58,073 nt of DNA from a phage, in the sequence record PZ445420.1; one strand, given 5' to 3'. This document shows positions 28,939 to 38,255 of this stretch, piece after piece. Numbering within the stretch: the stretch's first letter is position 1; the number at the start of each line of letters is the position of its first letter. The translations under genes and the position numbers were made by a program. The notes under the pieces were generated by a model, which searched no databases, was not told the DNA's origin, and saw only the letters and a program-made list of their open reading frames with translations.

Positions 28939-29697
28939 TTATTTACCTTCTTTAACCATTTCAATTTCACGCTCAACGGATGCAATAATATCGTTGAGGT
29001 CTTCCAGTAAGTCTTTATGACCGCGCTCACCCGCACACAGCACTTTCTTCAGTGCATGTTGCATGGGCCCACTGGTTACATTGAATGCTTTAATTACGTC
29101 GTACACGTCAACCCACACATCAATTTCAATCGGGCTACCGTTAATGTCATGTGATTCAAAACTTTTGATTTTGCGCATATATTTATTCGGACGTGGAGCT
29201 TTAATATCCTGGATGCAATCCTTATTAACAAACGCTTCATTAACGAATAGTTCCGGCTCGCCTTCTTTGTCACGATCAACTTTAAAGACGCTCGCAAGTA
29301 CATCTTCCATGATACCAGCTAATTTTTCAGAAGAAGTTTTATGATTTTTAACCACCTCTTCCACTTCTTCCGCTTTCTGTGTCCCGCTAACAGAAGGACT
29401 AATGCGCCATTTGTAAAGCGCATTACGCGGAGGCGTTACATGCGTGTTGTAGACTGTCTTTAAGTTCATAAGATCATTTCCATCCATACCTTCAACAAAG
29501 ACAGTGAGTGCGGGACTGCTATCGTTCAGAACATCTACTAAATATCCTTCTCGAATTACAGATGCAAGAGCTGCATGGGACGCCGCTTGAGAAACTGTGG
29601 TCACATAATGTTTTACAAATCCGTCTTCATCAAACAGACACTGGTTTAACACATTTTCTGGAACAATTTGACCGAGTAATTGAATATGCTTATTCAT
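28939..29697 (-). CDS. hypothetical protein (252 aa) between queE and gat-queC
   Basis: ORF with stop adjacent to gat-queC start; no recognisable catalytic motif. Confidence 0.45.
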   Translation of the reverse strand: MNKHIQLLGQIVPENVLNQCLFDEDGFVKHYVTTVSQAASHAALASVIREGYLVDVLNDSSPALTVFVEGMDGNDLMNLKTVYNTHVTPPRNALYKWRISPSVSGTQKAEEVEEVVKNHKTSSEKLAGIMEDVLASVFKVDRDKEGEPELFVNEAFVNKDCIQDIKAPRPNKYMRKIKSFESHDINGSPIEIDVWVDVYDVIKAFNVTSGPMQHALKKVLCAGERGHKDLLEDLNDIIASVEREIEMVKEGK

Positions 29698-29814
29698 AAC
29701 GATTTACCTTATTAGTTGAACATACCGTGTCTTTTAGCGCGTTGACCGTCACCAGCATAATGATCATTAGCCGCAGCAATCATCCACGCGTTTTTGAATA
29801 TGTATAACTTCACT

Positions 29815-30069
29815 TTACACCTTAGTTAACGTCTGAGTCCAGTCTAGACCTTCAAGATCAACTTTTGCAATCTTCTCGTAATAACCAGCATCAATATCAG
29901 GAACCCAGCGACCATACTCCACATTACAACATATTGGATCGTCTTCGTAACCCATCACAGTTCCGTTTTTATCACAGGCAAGATAGGTGACCCAATTTGG
30001 AACTGTTAAGTTAATACCATGAAACTTAACAACTTTATTAGTTTTAAACAGAGCTTTTACACGCATCAC
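29815..30069 (-). CDS. hypothetical protein
   Basis: 84-aa ORF overlapping queE stop. Confidence 0.4.
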   Translation of the reverse strand: MMRVKALFKTNKVVKFHGINLTVPNWVTYLACDKNGTVMGYEDDPICCNVEYGRWVPDIDAGYYEKIAKVDLEGLDWTQTLTKV

Positions 30070-30854
30070 TCTACACCTAAATATTTGTGAATCTGCAACT
30101 GCACGATGTAATTATGCTTCATTGCGTATTTAACAACAGCTTGAGCGTTTGCTTTGTTAGCAACGTCATCTTGTTCATCCATAGGTTGAAGATAAATCTT
30201 ACCTTTAAAGTGTACAGGTGGACGTGCGATAAATGGTGTCGCACGGTGATCCAGTGCCTGCAACGGTAATCCATCTTCCTCGTTGACGTTTCCACTTTTC
30301 ATTACATATTTGAAAGCATTCGCTCGGGCGGAAACGCTAGGGTGAACCTTTGCTGCCTTAGGACTACATACTACCACACAGTTATAGTTGAGTTCACGCG
30401 GGATAGGCATAGTTCCGTTAGTTTCGACCTGTACGCGATAACCTTTCATATCAATAAGGTAATTGATAAAATTAGCAACTTCAGGTTGACGGAAAGGTTC
30501 GCCGCCAGTAATGACAACTAATTTAGTCTTAGCTTCACCAGTAACACGGACAATCTCTTGCCAAATATCCCTGTGGTTCATCCTCTTACGATTGGACGTG
30601 TAGTTTGTGTCACACCCTGGGCATTGCAGATTACAACCAGCTAATCGAACAAATACGGCAGGTTGACCACAAAATGGGCCTTCGCCTTGAATGGTATGAA
30701 AAATGGAATGCACGTCAAGAATACCACGTTCACGAACTAGCTTCTCAGGTTCCTGAGTATTAATAATTTTCATATGATTTCCAAATTTGACTTGAGCCCA
30801 GTGGTGGGCGATAATGGCTTGTGCAAACATTTGAACCTCGGGGTAAGATAACAA
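30066..30854 (-). CDS. queE: 7-carboxy-7-deazaguanine synthase (radical SAM)
   Basis: 262 aa; CNLQCPGC (CX3CX2C radical-SAM cluster motif); cluster context. Confidence 0.75.
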   Translation of the reverse strand: MLSYPEVQMFAQAIIAHHWAQVKFGNHMKIINTQEPEKLVRERGILDVHSIFHTIQGEGPFCGQPAVFVRLAGCNLQCPGCDTNYTSNRKRMNHRDIWQEIVRVTGEAKTKLVVITGGEPFRQPEVANFINYLIDMKGYRVQVETNGTMPIPRELNYNCVVVCSPKAAKVHPSVSARANAFKYVMKSGNVNEEDGLPLQALDHRATPFIARPPVHFKGKIYLQPMDEQDDVANKANAQAVVKYAMKHNYIVQLQIHKYLGVE

Positions 30855-30898
30855 AGGGGCAGTAAATGCCCCTTCTGAGTTTCCGAAGTATCTACAGA

Positions 30899-31723
30899 TT
30901 ACTCTGCAGTTTTCTGAGACGGAATTTCTACGTTAGCGGCCGCTTGTGCAATATTAGCAGGTACTGGAACGGATACGCGACCAGTAATGCCCATGTATTT
31001 TTTCCAGCGAGCATATTCCGCTTTAACGTTCGCTTCGTTCAGGCCTTTGTCCAGTGCAACAGGCAGAACGTAGCTGATCGGCGCAGTCTGACCCAGCTCC
31101 AGGGTGACAGCGTCAAAGATATCCCATGCAGCACGGCACAGAGTACCGACACCAGGCTTACGAATACCGTTCTGTTCAGGCTCTTTCTTAGCTTCGCGTT
31201 CTGCTGCTTTACGAGCGCGCTCTTCGTCCTGCAGACGTTTCTTCTCAGCGCGTTGTGCGTCACGTTGCGCTTTTTCAGCGGCCTTAGTGGCTTCGCGGGC
31301 AGCGGATACACGACCTTTAACATCTTTCAGAGTGGATTCAATGGAGGAAACCAGATCTTCAGATGCTGCAACGGCAGTTTTCAGCTGATCGTTGTCTTTA
31401 ACTTTACGTGCTGCCGCTTTAACAGCTTTCAGACCTTCTTTAGCGGTCTTCAGTTGAGCGGTAACTACGCCTTCAACTGCTTTAACTTCGTCCAGCAATG
31501 AACCTTCGTTCAGGGTCGCGAACTGTTCTTTAACAGCGGACACAGCACCTTCGATCACATTGTAACCGGCAGTGGCTTCGTTCAATGCGGCGTCAACTTT
31601 AGCCTGCAATTCACGTGCTGCTTTTTCTTCAGCTTCACGTTTTTTCTTTGCTTCAGCTTCTTTTGCTGCTTTCTTTGCAGCTTCTTCTGCTTCCAGTTGT
31701 TCTGGAGTTTTCTCTTTAGCCAT
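30899..31723 (-). CDS. hypothetical protein with Lys/Ala/Glu-rich low-complexity N-terminal two-thirds and globular C-terminal domain
   Basis: 274-aa ORF; strong compositional bias; opposite-strand ORFs here are artefacts of this bias. Confidence 0.5.
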   Translation of the reverse strand: MAKEKTPEQLEAEEAAKKAAKEAEAKKKREAEEKAARELQAKVDAALNEATAGYNVIEGAVSAVKEQFATLNEGSLLDEVKAVEGVVTAQLKTAKEGLKAVKAAARKVKDNDQLKTAVAASEDLVSSIESTLKDVKGRVSAAREATKAAEKAQRDAQRAEKKRLQDEERARKAAEREAKKEPEQNGIRKPGVGTLCRAAWDIFDAVTLELGQTAPISYVLPVALDKGLNEANVKAEYARWKKYMGITGRVSVPVPANIAQAAANVEIPSQKTAE

Positions 31724-31819
31724 GATTTAAATCCTCACAGTGTGGTTATTGGTTGTGAACTACGTTTTAAGTGGTTGCACTATAACCCCTCTAAAAGAAC
31801 TATGCAATATTTTAGTTAA

Positions 31820-32542
31820 TTAATTTAAGCCACGTTCCTTTACCCAGACCCCTAATGTATTACTTGATGTATTACGCTTCACACCTTGTGCCTCTAAACG
31901 ATCCATTATTTGTTTTCTGAGCTGTAGGATTTCCTTCTTGTCACGAGGTTCACCAGCTTCTTTCCACATTTCGTCAGCAACAGCGAAAATAATATCGCGA
32001 GTGCCGGCTGTACGCGACGTTGCGGCACGTTTTTCGCTTGCCAGTGTGCTAGTACCTTGCCGCTCTCTTGTCGGTGTCCATGCCCCTTGTATGCCCATAT
32101 TTGTTTGTACGGTTGGGCCGTCAATGATGGTGGATTCCAATGAACTATCATTCCGTACTTGAATATTAGGCTCCTCCCCCAAATCTGGAACAGAGCTACC
32201 TTCGCGGTACATGCACTCACCCTCTTTATTACTAGCAATTGCCCAGTCCGCTTGTTCAGCCACATCCGCATCTATTACTGTCTCCGGTATTTCATTTAAA
32301 AAGTAATGGATGATCTTACTGATCATTTTCTTTGGATATAAAGCACCTTGCTTATTACCCGTTAAGTTGATGTACAAAAGTTGCATTTGCACATCATCAA
32401 ACTCTTTATGCAGTTCTTCAACTTCTAACGGAAGAACTACAGAACTTTCGCTACAGCATAGAATTCCATACTCGTGAAGACGTTGGAAGTTTGGATGCTT
32501 AGCTAATATCTGCATCCGATCATAATCAATTAAGACGTACAT
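31820..32542 (-). CDS. hypothetical protein
   Basis: 240-aa ORF downstream of helicase gene. Confidence 0.45.
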   Translation of the reverse strand: MYVLIDYDRMQILAKHPNFQRLHEYGILCCSESSVVLPLEVEELHKEFDDVQMQLLYINLTGNKQGALYPKKMISKIIHYFLNEIPETVIDADVAEQADWAIASNKEGECMYREGSSVPDLGEEPNIQVRNDSSLESTIIDGPTVQTNMGIQGAWTPTRERQGTSTLASEKRAATSRTAGTRDIIFAVADEMWKEAGEPRDKKEILQLRKQIMDRLEAQGVKRNTSSNTLGVWVKERGLN

Positions 32543-32562
32543 GTTAGTCCTTCCAATTAAAA

Positions 32563-34566
32563 TTAAAACGGTATGTCGTCATCAAAATCTGGTGGTAGTT
32601 CTTTACCGTTACCAGTAAGAATAGGTTGATTAGACGTAGAATGCAATACCGTCGTACGGGAATCAGTCTGCTCATCTTCATCAAACTTATTCGTATAATT
32701 TCCACCAAACTGGGACAGACCATTCATTGCTGCAATTTGTACGACCGGACGTTCGTTTGTTGCTTCTTTCTTACCGAACTCACTACCGTCATAACAACTA
32801 TTCAACACTTCAGGAAACTTACCCTTCAAGTTGACATAAATGTGCGTCGGTACACGAAGCTGACTGACCACATTGAGGGCTTCGTCAATGTTAGCTGGGA
32901 TTGCCAGGCTACAATGTTCGCGCCACCAGTTACGCGCTTTCTTACCTGCAAAACCAGTGTGGAACAGGCAGATGTATTGTTGAATAGTTTGTGAGCCACA
33001 AAGATAATCAACACGAAGTGTTGGTGGTTTAGAACGGTCACCTCTGTTCTCGTGACGATAGTAACTCACCATATCAACTTTCAGCACTTCGGTAACTGGT
33101 AAATCATTCTTGATAATAGCTTTCGTACTTGCACTCGCCATTAGTTTCTTCTCAAAAGTAAACTCATGACCGCAATAACCAGCACGACACGCTTTATTAT
33201 TTGTGATGGTATAACCTAATCCTTGAAGATAGAGTATTTCTTCATGTGACATGCTGCTTGTGTCGAATGGTTTTAACCCACCACAGAAGCGAACTGACGC
33301 ATGGTTCCATGTTTTACATATTGGGCATTCCTTAACAGGTGCAGCGGATTTTCCTTTCTGCCCTGGACGCTTAGGAATGACAGGGTCATTAATAGGACCA
33401 AGACGTCTTGTGTTACCTGCATAATCCAATACAAGACAGTTCTGTTTATGCGAAGCAGAGATAGCTTGCAAACGACCCTCTGTTGTGGTCAAATCAAAAC
33501 CATCTGCATAATCAGGTCGTGTACCACGTCCAAGCATCTGAACCCACAAACGGGAAGATTGAGATGGTCGCATACCAATTATCAAGTCAAGGCCCGGATG
33601 GTCAAAACCTGTCGTCAATACGTTGTTGTTCGCTATTGCCTGCAAACGACCAGCTTTAAAGTCAATAAGATACTGGTCACGCAATGCTTTCGGTGTATCA
33701 CCAGTTACAACTTCGCAACTAATACCGCGATCATTAAGATAGTCTTTTACATCCTTTGCATGGTCCACACCAGCACAAAAGATAAGCCAACTCATCCTAT
33801 TCTCTTCTTCCGCAATACTAATCGCATCATCTAACAAATGACGTGTTACATCAGGGTCGTTTACAACTTTCTGAAGTTCACTTTCAATGAACTCACCGCC
33901 TCGAGTATGAACACCACTTACATCATACTCTTTCTTTGTTTTACGTGGTACTAACGGAACCAGATAACCTTCATCAATAAACCAGTTGAAGCACTCTACG
34001 GTACACGCGTTAAATACGATTTCATCAAATAAAGCGTTAGGCGCATAATCATCTTTGATAATAGAACCAAAACCAAGACGCCAACTTGTAGCAGTAAGAC
34101 CGATAATCTTTAGATATGGATTCTTTTCACGAATGTGCGCAAAGAATTTCTGATAACTTGTTTGTTGATTTGGACTAATAAGGTCACATTCGTCAACTAT
34201 AATAATATCAACGTCCTCAAAGTATTTAGCTTGTTTTGCAACAGACTGAATACCCGCGAACGTTATCATTGCGTTCTTATCTTTGCGGCCCATACCAGCA
34301 CTGTAAATACCAGTCGGTGCTTCAGGCCACAGCTTCTTAAATTTATCGTGGTTCTGGTCTATCAATTCTTTTACGTGAGTAATTACCATCATGCGGGTAC
34401 TACCCCAATTATCGTGAATTGTCTTTAATAGACCAGCAATTACAAGGGACTTACCAGTCCCCGTAGGCAACAAGATAACAGGATTTCCTGACTTTTCACC
34501 ATGCTTGATGAAATAGCGCAATGTACTATTTACAGCTTCTTGCTGATAATCACGTAGTTTGAACAT
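32563..34566 (-). CDS. SF2 DNA helicase (DEAD/DExD-box-like) with C-terminal DFDDDIPF tail
   Basis: 667 aa; Walker A LPTGTGKS, DECD box, LTAT motif III; Cys-rich segment CPICKTWNHASVRFC; last 8 residues DFDDDIPF. Confidence 0.8.
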   Translation of the reverse strand: MFKLRDYQQEAVNSTLRYFIKHGEKSGNPVILLPTGTGKSLVIAGLLKTIHDNWGSTRMMVITHVKELIDQNHDKFKKLWPEAPTGIYSAGMGRKDKNAMITFAGIQSVAKQAKYFEDVDIIIVDECDLISPNQQTSYQKFFAHIREKNPYLKIIGLTATSWRLGFGSIIKDDYAPNALFDEIVFNACTVECFNWFIDEGYLVPLVPRKTKKEYDVSGVHTRGGEFIESELQKVVNDPDVTRHLLDDAISIAEEENRMSWLIFCAGVDHAKDVKDYLNDRGISCEVVTGDTPKALRDQYLIDFKAGRLQAIANNNVLTTGFDHPGLDLIIGMRPSQSSRLWVQMLGRGTRPDYADGFDLTTTEGRLQAISASHKQNCLVLDYAGNTRRLGPINDPVIPKRPGQKGKSAAPVKECPICKTWNHASVRFCGGLKPFDTSSMSHEEILYLQGLGYTITNNKACRAGYCGHEFTFEKKLMASASTKAIIKNDLPVTEVLKVDMVSYYRHENRGDRSKPPTLRVDYLCGSQTIQQYICLFHTGFAGKKARNWWREHCSLAIPANIDEALNVVSQLRVPTHIYVNLKGKFPEVLNSCYDGSEFGKKEATNERPVVQIAAMNGLSQFGGNYTNKFDEDEQTDSRTTVLHSTSNQPILTGNGKELPPDFDDDIPF

Positions 34567-35517
34567 TTACTCACCGTAATAATCTGCTGCTTCGTATTGA
34601 CCACATGCTGCCATCTGGTCTTCCTTCGTTAATACACCTTCAGTTCCATCCGTGATGTATGCAGTAGCAGAAGCTACTTTGATTGCGCATCTCCAGGTTC
34701 CATCTTCAAGCGGATAAGAATGCTTACAGGTGCGGCAGTTAACTTCAGGCATTTTGTTGTTATGGCACACTGCTTTGTGGTCACACCATTTGCATTTATA
34801 GTAAGATTTACTTTCATTGATCTTAGGTGGTGGGCATTCTGCCAGTGCAATTACAAACCCACGGTCTTTGTAGCGTTCTGCGGTTTCTTTATCAAACGGT
34901 ACAAGCTCTGCCCAAATCTCGTCCGTGTTCTTATTAACTGCAATATAAAGAGCGGCTGGGAGTCCATAATACAACATGTATTCCTGCATCTGAACATAGT
35001 GCTCCCATTTGGATTCCATCACACCATTAACGACAAGTTTCTTGAACGAATCGTTATTGTGCGTTTTCATCTCCGTCAAGATTGGTGTAGAAGGTTGTGG
35101 CATGTCGGGGCAACCAATGACAATACCATCTATCGCGGAGCCAAAGTGCCCGTTGAGATAGCTAACTCGATACTGGCTGCCATTTTCGTCTTGTTGGATG
35201 ACTTGCATACCGGCAGTAAGTAATAAGGCCACGAAGCGACCTTCTTCAAGATGCCCGCGATTGAATAGACGTAAGGTTTTACCGTTAAAGTGTGGTTTTG
35301 TTGCCCATCGCCATCCGTAGAAGATTGCTCTGCTACACTCTTGCCCGATAAGACTAATCCCAAGATGCGAACGGAATCCGCCATCTCCCTCTCGGTATGC
35401 GTCTTCAATATGCGGTAATACTTTTCCGAGCCATACTCTGTAAGCGGATCCTTGATCTCGTTCAATACAGTCATTGAATAACTCCATTGTCTTAGTAGCA
35501 GGATAAAAATGTGGCAT
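34567..35517 (-). CDS. PD-(D/E)XK-type nuclease with C-terminal 4-Cys cluster (Cas4/DUF2800-like exonuclease, candidate)
   Basis: 316 aa; C-terminal CKWCDHKAVC...CRTCKHSYP...C cluster; sits in helicase-nuclease-SSB-Sak4 module. Confidence 0.45.
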   Translation of the reverse strand: MPHFYPATKTMELFNDCIERDQGSAYRVWLGKVLPHIEDAYREGDGGFRSHLGISLIGQECSRAIFYGWRWATKPHFNGKTLRLFNRGHLEEGRFVALLLTAGMQVIQQDENGSQYRVSYLNGHFGSAIDGIVIGCPDMPQPSTPILTEMKTHNNDSFKKLVVNGVMESKWEHYVQMQEYMLYYGLPAALYIAVNKNTDEIWAELVPFDKETAERYKDRGFVIALAECPPPKINESKSYYKCKWCDHKAVCHNNKMPEVNCRTCKHSYPLEDGTWRCAIKVASATAYITDGTEGVLTKEDQMAACGQYEAADYYGE

Positions 35518-35579
35518 ATCATAATCCTATATAGAAAAATAAAGCTCCCGGAGGAGCTTTATTATAACATGATTTTTAA

Positions 35580-36500
35580 TTACTGTGCAGCGTCATCGCC
35601 TTCAGTGGAACGTTTCCACGGTGGAGTCTTGGTCTGAGCTGCTTTAGCGATATCGTCCTGGACTTCAGGTTCTGCATGGTTAGCAGTACCAGTGTTCTGA
35701 GCTTGAGTTTGCGGTTGCTCTGCTCCAGGCTGTACCTGCTGAGTTGCCCAGTTAGGCTGCTGTGTGGTTTGTTGCTGCGGCTGCTGCGCACCAGTAGCCC
35801 ACGGTTGAGATTGCGCCGCACTGTTAAAATCAACTGTTCCAGACTGCTGCTGTTGCTGTACCGGCTGCTGCGGCTGTTGTTGCTGCTGCGGTTGCTGGAA
35901 CCCCTGAGTCTGAGGTTGTTGCTGCTGTTGCTGCGGCTGCTGCCCAAATGCGCCCGGGAAACCCTGCTGCTGCGGCTGCTGTTGTTGCTGAGCACCACCG
36001 AACGCACCGCCACCAAATGCCGGGGATTGTGCTGCCGCTGCCGGAGTTGATTTAGGCAGGTTAGCCATATCCGCCTTAGTTGCGTATACAACACCTTCCA
36101 TGTTATCAATTGCTTGATAAATCTGAGGTTCGTTGTTTGGCTCATAGCCAGGTTGCTGACGAACTTTCACTTTCAGGTTAAACGGAATACCGTGCAGTTG
36201 TTCAGTATCGTTCCAAACTGGAACTTTAACAGCACGGGACAGCTCTGCCAGTTCTTCCATTGCAATCTGTACAGCAACAGGGTTCGCGTTCTTGACGTTG
36301 TAACCGCCAAACATCACACGACCAGCAAAATCACCCTGCATAATCTTAAACTGAAGATTCAGACGCGCACCGCCTGGAGTTTTAGTCGGTTTGATTTCAG
36401 AGTTTACGATCTGAACAACATACCAACCAGCGGGCATCAAGCTGTTGTGTTGACGCTCTGCGTGCTGTCCAGCGTTAAATTGTATTCCTAAACCGGCCAT
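35580..36500 (-). CDS. SSB-like protein (DUF2815-type candidate) with Gln/Pro-rich low-complexity C-terminal region
   Basis: 306 aa, adjacent to Sak4-like ATPase gene; long QQQ/QQP tract. Confidence 0.4.
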   Translation of the reverse strand: MAGLGIQFNAGQHAERQHNSLMPAGWYVVQIVNSEIKPTKTPGGARLNLQFKIMQGDFAGRVMFGGYNVKNANPVAVQIAMEELAELSRAVKVPVWNDTEQLHGIPFNLKVKVRQQPGYEPNNEPQIYQAIDNMEGVVYATKADMANLPKSTPAAAAQSPAFGGGAFGGAQQQQQPQQQGFPGAFGQQPQQQQQQPQTQGFQQPQQQQQPQQPVQQQQQSGTVDFNSAAQSQPWATGAQQPQQQTTQQPNWATQQVQPGAEQPQTQAQNTGTANHAEPEVQDDIAKAAQTKTPPWKRSTEGDDAAQ

Positions 36501-37246
36501 TATTGTACCCCTTTGATTTTGTTAATGATTGCACCGAGATGTGGATATTCCATCTGTTCTAACGAACCAGAACGATCTTTACATACATTTGACAGATCTG
36601 GTCTTGTCAGCAGATAACGAAAATCTACTTGAGTATTTTGGTCTTTACCAACACTAATCTTGAACACTTCGTCAAAAAAGTATGGTAATTCTGGACCTAA
36701 TTTTGCACCAGGCATAGAAGGACCATAAGACGTAATACCTGTCAGCTCATCCTTGTTACGGGACATTTTAGCTGCCATATACACGTTAAGTCCAGGAATA
36801 TCTCGAAAAGCACGAACCAAAGTTTGCATCTTCTCAATGAGATCCCCATAAGCCTGACGCGGATCCTTCACAGTACGCTTCGCATTGTTAAGGCACTTTT
36901 CAGCAATCTCAGTAAGTGAATCCAGCGCAAGAGACTGAAAGCGCGGTAAACCATCTTCACATACAGGGTTGTTTGCAGGGTTAGTCGCCCAAACATAAGC
37001 CTGCTCCACATCCTGGATATTTTCAACCGTGATGGTTGGAATATCGTAACAGATATCTGGTCTGTTTTCACCAAACACACGAGCAATGTTATTCGGTGTT
37101 AAAGACAAAAGCCCAGACTCTGCAGAAATCAGCAACGGTCTTGGAAGAGTTGCTGTAAGCATGGTCTTACCCATACCGGATTCACCATACACAAGCATCT
37201 TGACACCAGTGTCCAAAACTGCCTGCGCGGTAGTTGTAAATTGCAT
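36500..37246 (-). CDS. Sak4-like RecA-core ATPase (recombination/annealing)
   Basis: 248 aa; Walker A GESGMGKT near N-terminus; size and neighbourhood typical of Sak4. Confidence 0.55.
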   Translation of the reverse strand: MQFTTTAQAVLDTGVKMLVYGESGMGKTMLTATLPRPLLISAESGLLSLTPNNIARVFGENRPDICYDIPTITVENIQDVEQAYVWATNPANNPVCEDGLPRFQSLALDSLTEIAEKCLNNAKRTVKDPRQAYGDLIEKMQTLVRAFRDIPGLNVYMAAKMSRNKDELTGITSYGPSMPGAKLGPELPYFFDEVFKISVGKDQNTQVDFRYLLTRPDLSNVCKDRSGSLEQMEYPHLGAIINKIKGVQ

Positions 37247-37310
37247 AAGTTGTTCCTTGTGTGGTTACGGTTGCAATACTAGGACCTAATTAACTTGAAT
37301 GCAAACGTGA

Positions 37311-38255
37311 TTATTCACTAATATCTGTTGGATCACGGAAACTTTGATGCGTAGGAATACGCAATTTGTCTTTCATACCGTGAGCAAAGAATTTCCATTT
37401 AGAAATCTTCCCAATGAATTCATCAGGATGCTCAAAATAATATTTACGTTCTTCGTGCGTAAGACGACCAGCACCTACACGCATCTCTTGCCCGACTTCA
37501 ATAAGATCTTCAAGACCTTCTGGTACTGTGAGCACACGTACATCAAATGAGCCGACCATACCATTTGGAACCATATTAGCTTGATGGCTTGAACGATAAG
37601 TCTGCCCTAACTCATTAATCTGGGCTTCATTCTCATTGGTGCAACCTTCGATAATACGAATGATCTCACCTTCACCATCAGTGAAACGTTTAATGCGGAG
37701 ATAACCGCCTTCACGCTGCGTACTACGGCCCCATTTATATTTCGCTTCAAGGTCACGAATAATAACACCTTCGTATCCCATATCGAGCCAAATATTTTCC
37801 CACTCCAGGAGTTCTTGTTCGTTGTTCACCACATACAACGGCACAAGTTTCACGTCCATCAACTCGCCGTTAGCGTGGCATTCGTCCACGTACTTCTTGA
37901 GCATATTATAACGCTCTTTGTACGGTAGATGTGCAACATTCGGTTCGCACAAATCGAACACATGCCACGTCCAAACGTATTCACCTTCGATTTTAGATGT
38001 TGCACTACTTGTCTTACGACATAAGTCAAAGTCCGTCTCATCCCCAACGGCAAGCTCACCGTCCATACCATCATAAATGGGAGATGCAAATACCTTTGCG
38101 ACCTGCTTATTTGCAAAAGATTTAAGACTTCGTCCAACAAGCTCCCCAAACGGTTTCATCCCACGAACGCCGTCAATTTTAGGCATAATACCTACGGGAT
38201 ATTTCTGTTTAGCTGAATCCCAATCTGTTGCTAGATAAGGTTTAAATCGAGCCAT
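37311..38255 (-). CDS. ATP-dependent DNA ligase
   Basis: 314 aa; adenylation motif I KIDGVRG (KxDGxR). Confidence 0.7.
   Translation of the reverse strand: MARFKPYLATDWDSAKQKYPVGIMPKIDGVRGMKPFGELVGRSLKSFANKQVAKVFASPIYDGMDGELAVGDETDFDLCRKTSSATSKIEGEYVWTWHVFDLCEPNVAHLPYKERYNMLKKYVDECHANGELMDVKLVPLYVVNNEQELLEWENIWLDMGYEGVIIRDLEAKYKWGRSTQREGGYLRIKRFTDGEGEIIRIIEGCTNENEAQINELGQTYRSSHQANMVPNGMVGSFDVRVLTVPEGLEDLIEVGQEMRVGAGRLTHEERKYYFEHPDEFIGKISKWKFFAHGMKDKLRIPTHQSFRDPTDISE

Noticed and set aside
30866-31501. Plus-strand 211-aa ORF and other antisense ORFs overlapping the Lys/Ala/Glu-rich gene
   Set aside because: These are artefacts of low-complexity sequence (GCT/GAA/AAG repeats read on the other strand) with Cys/Phe/Ser-rich nonsense products.
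33301-33834. Plus-strand 177-aa ORF inside the helicase gene
   Set aside because: Antisense to a motif-supported helicase ORF; no independent support.
35576-36145. ORFs in alternative frames and strands over the Gln-rich tract of the SSB-like gene
   Set aside because: CAG/CTG repeat-rich DNA is open in several frames; the products are poly-L/R/S low-complexity strings.
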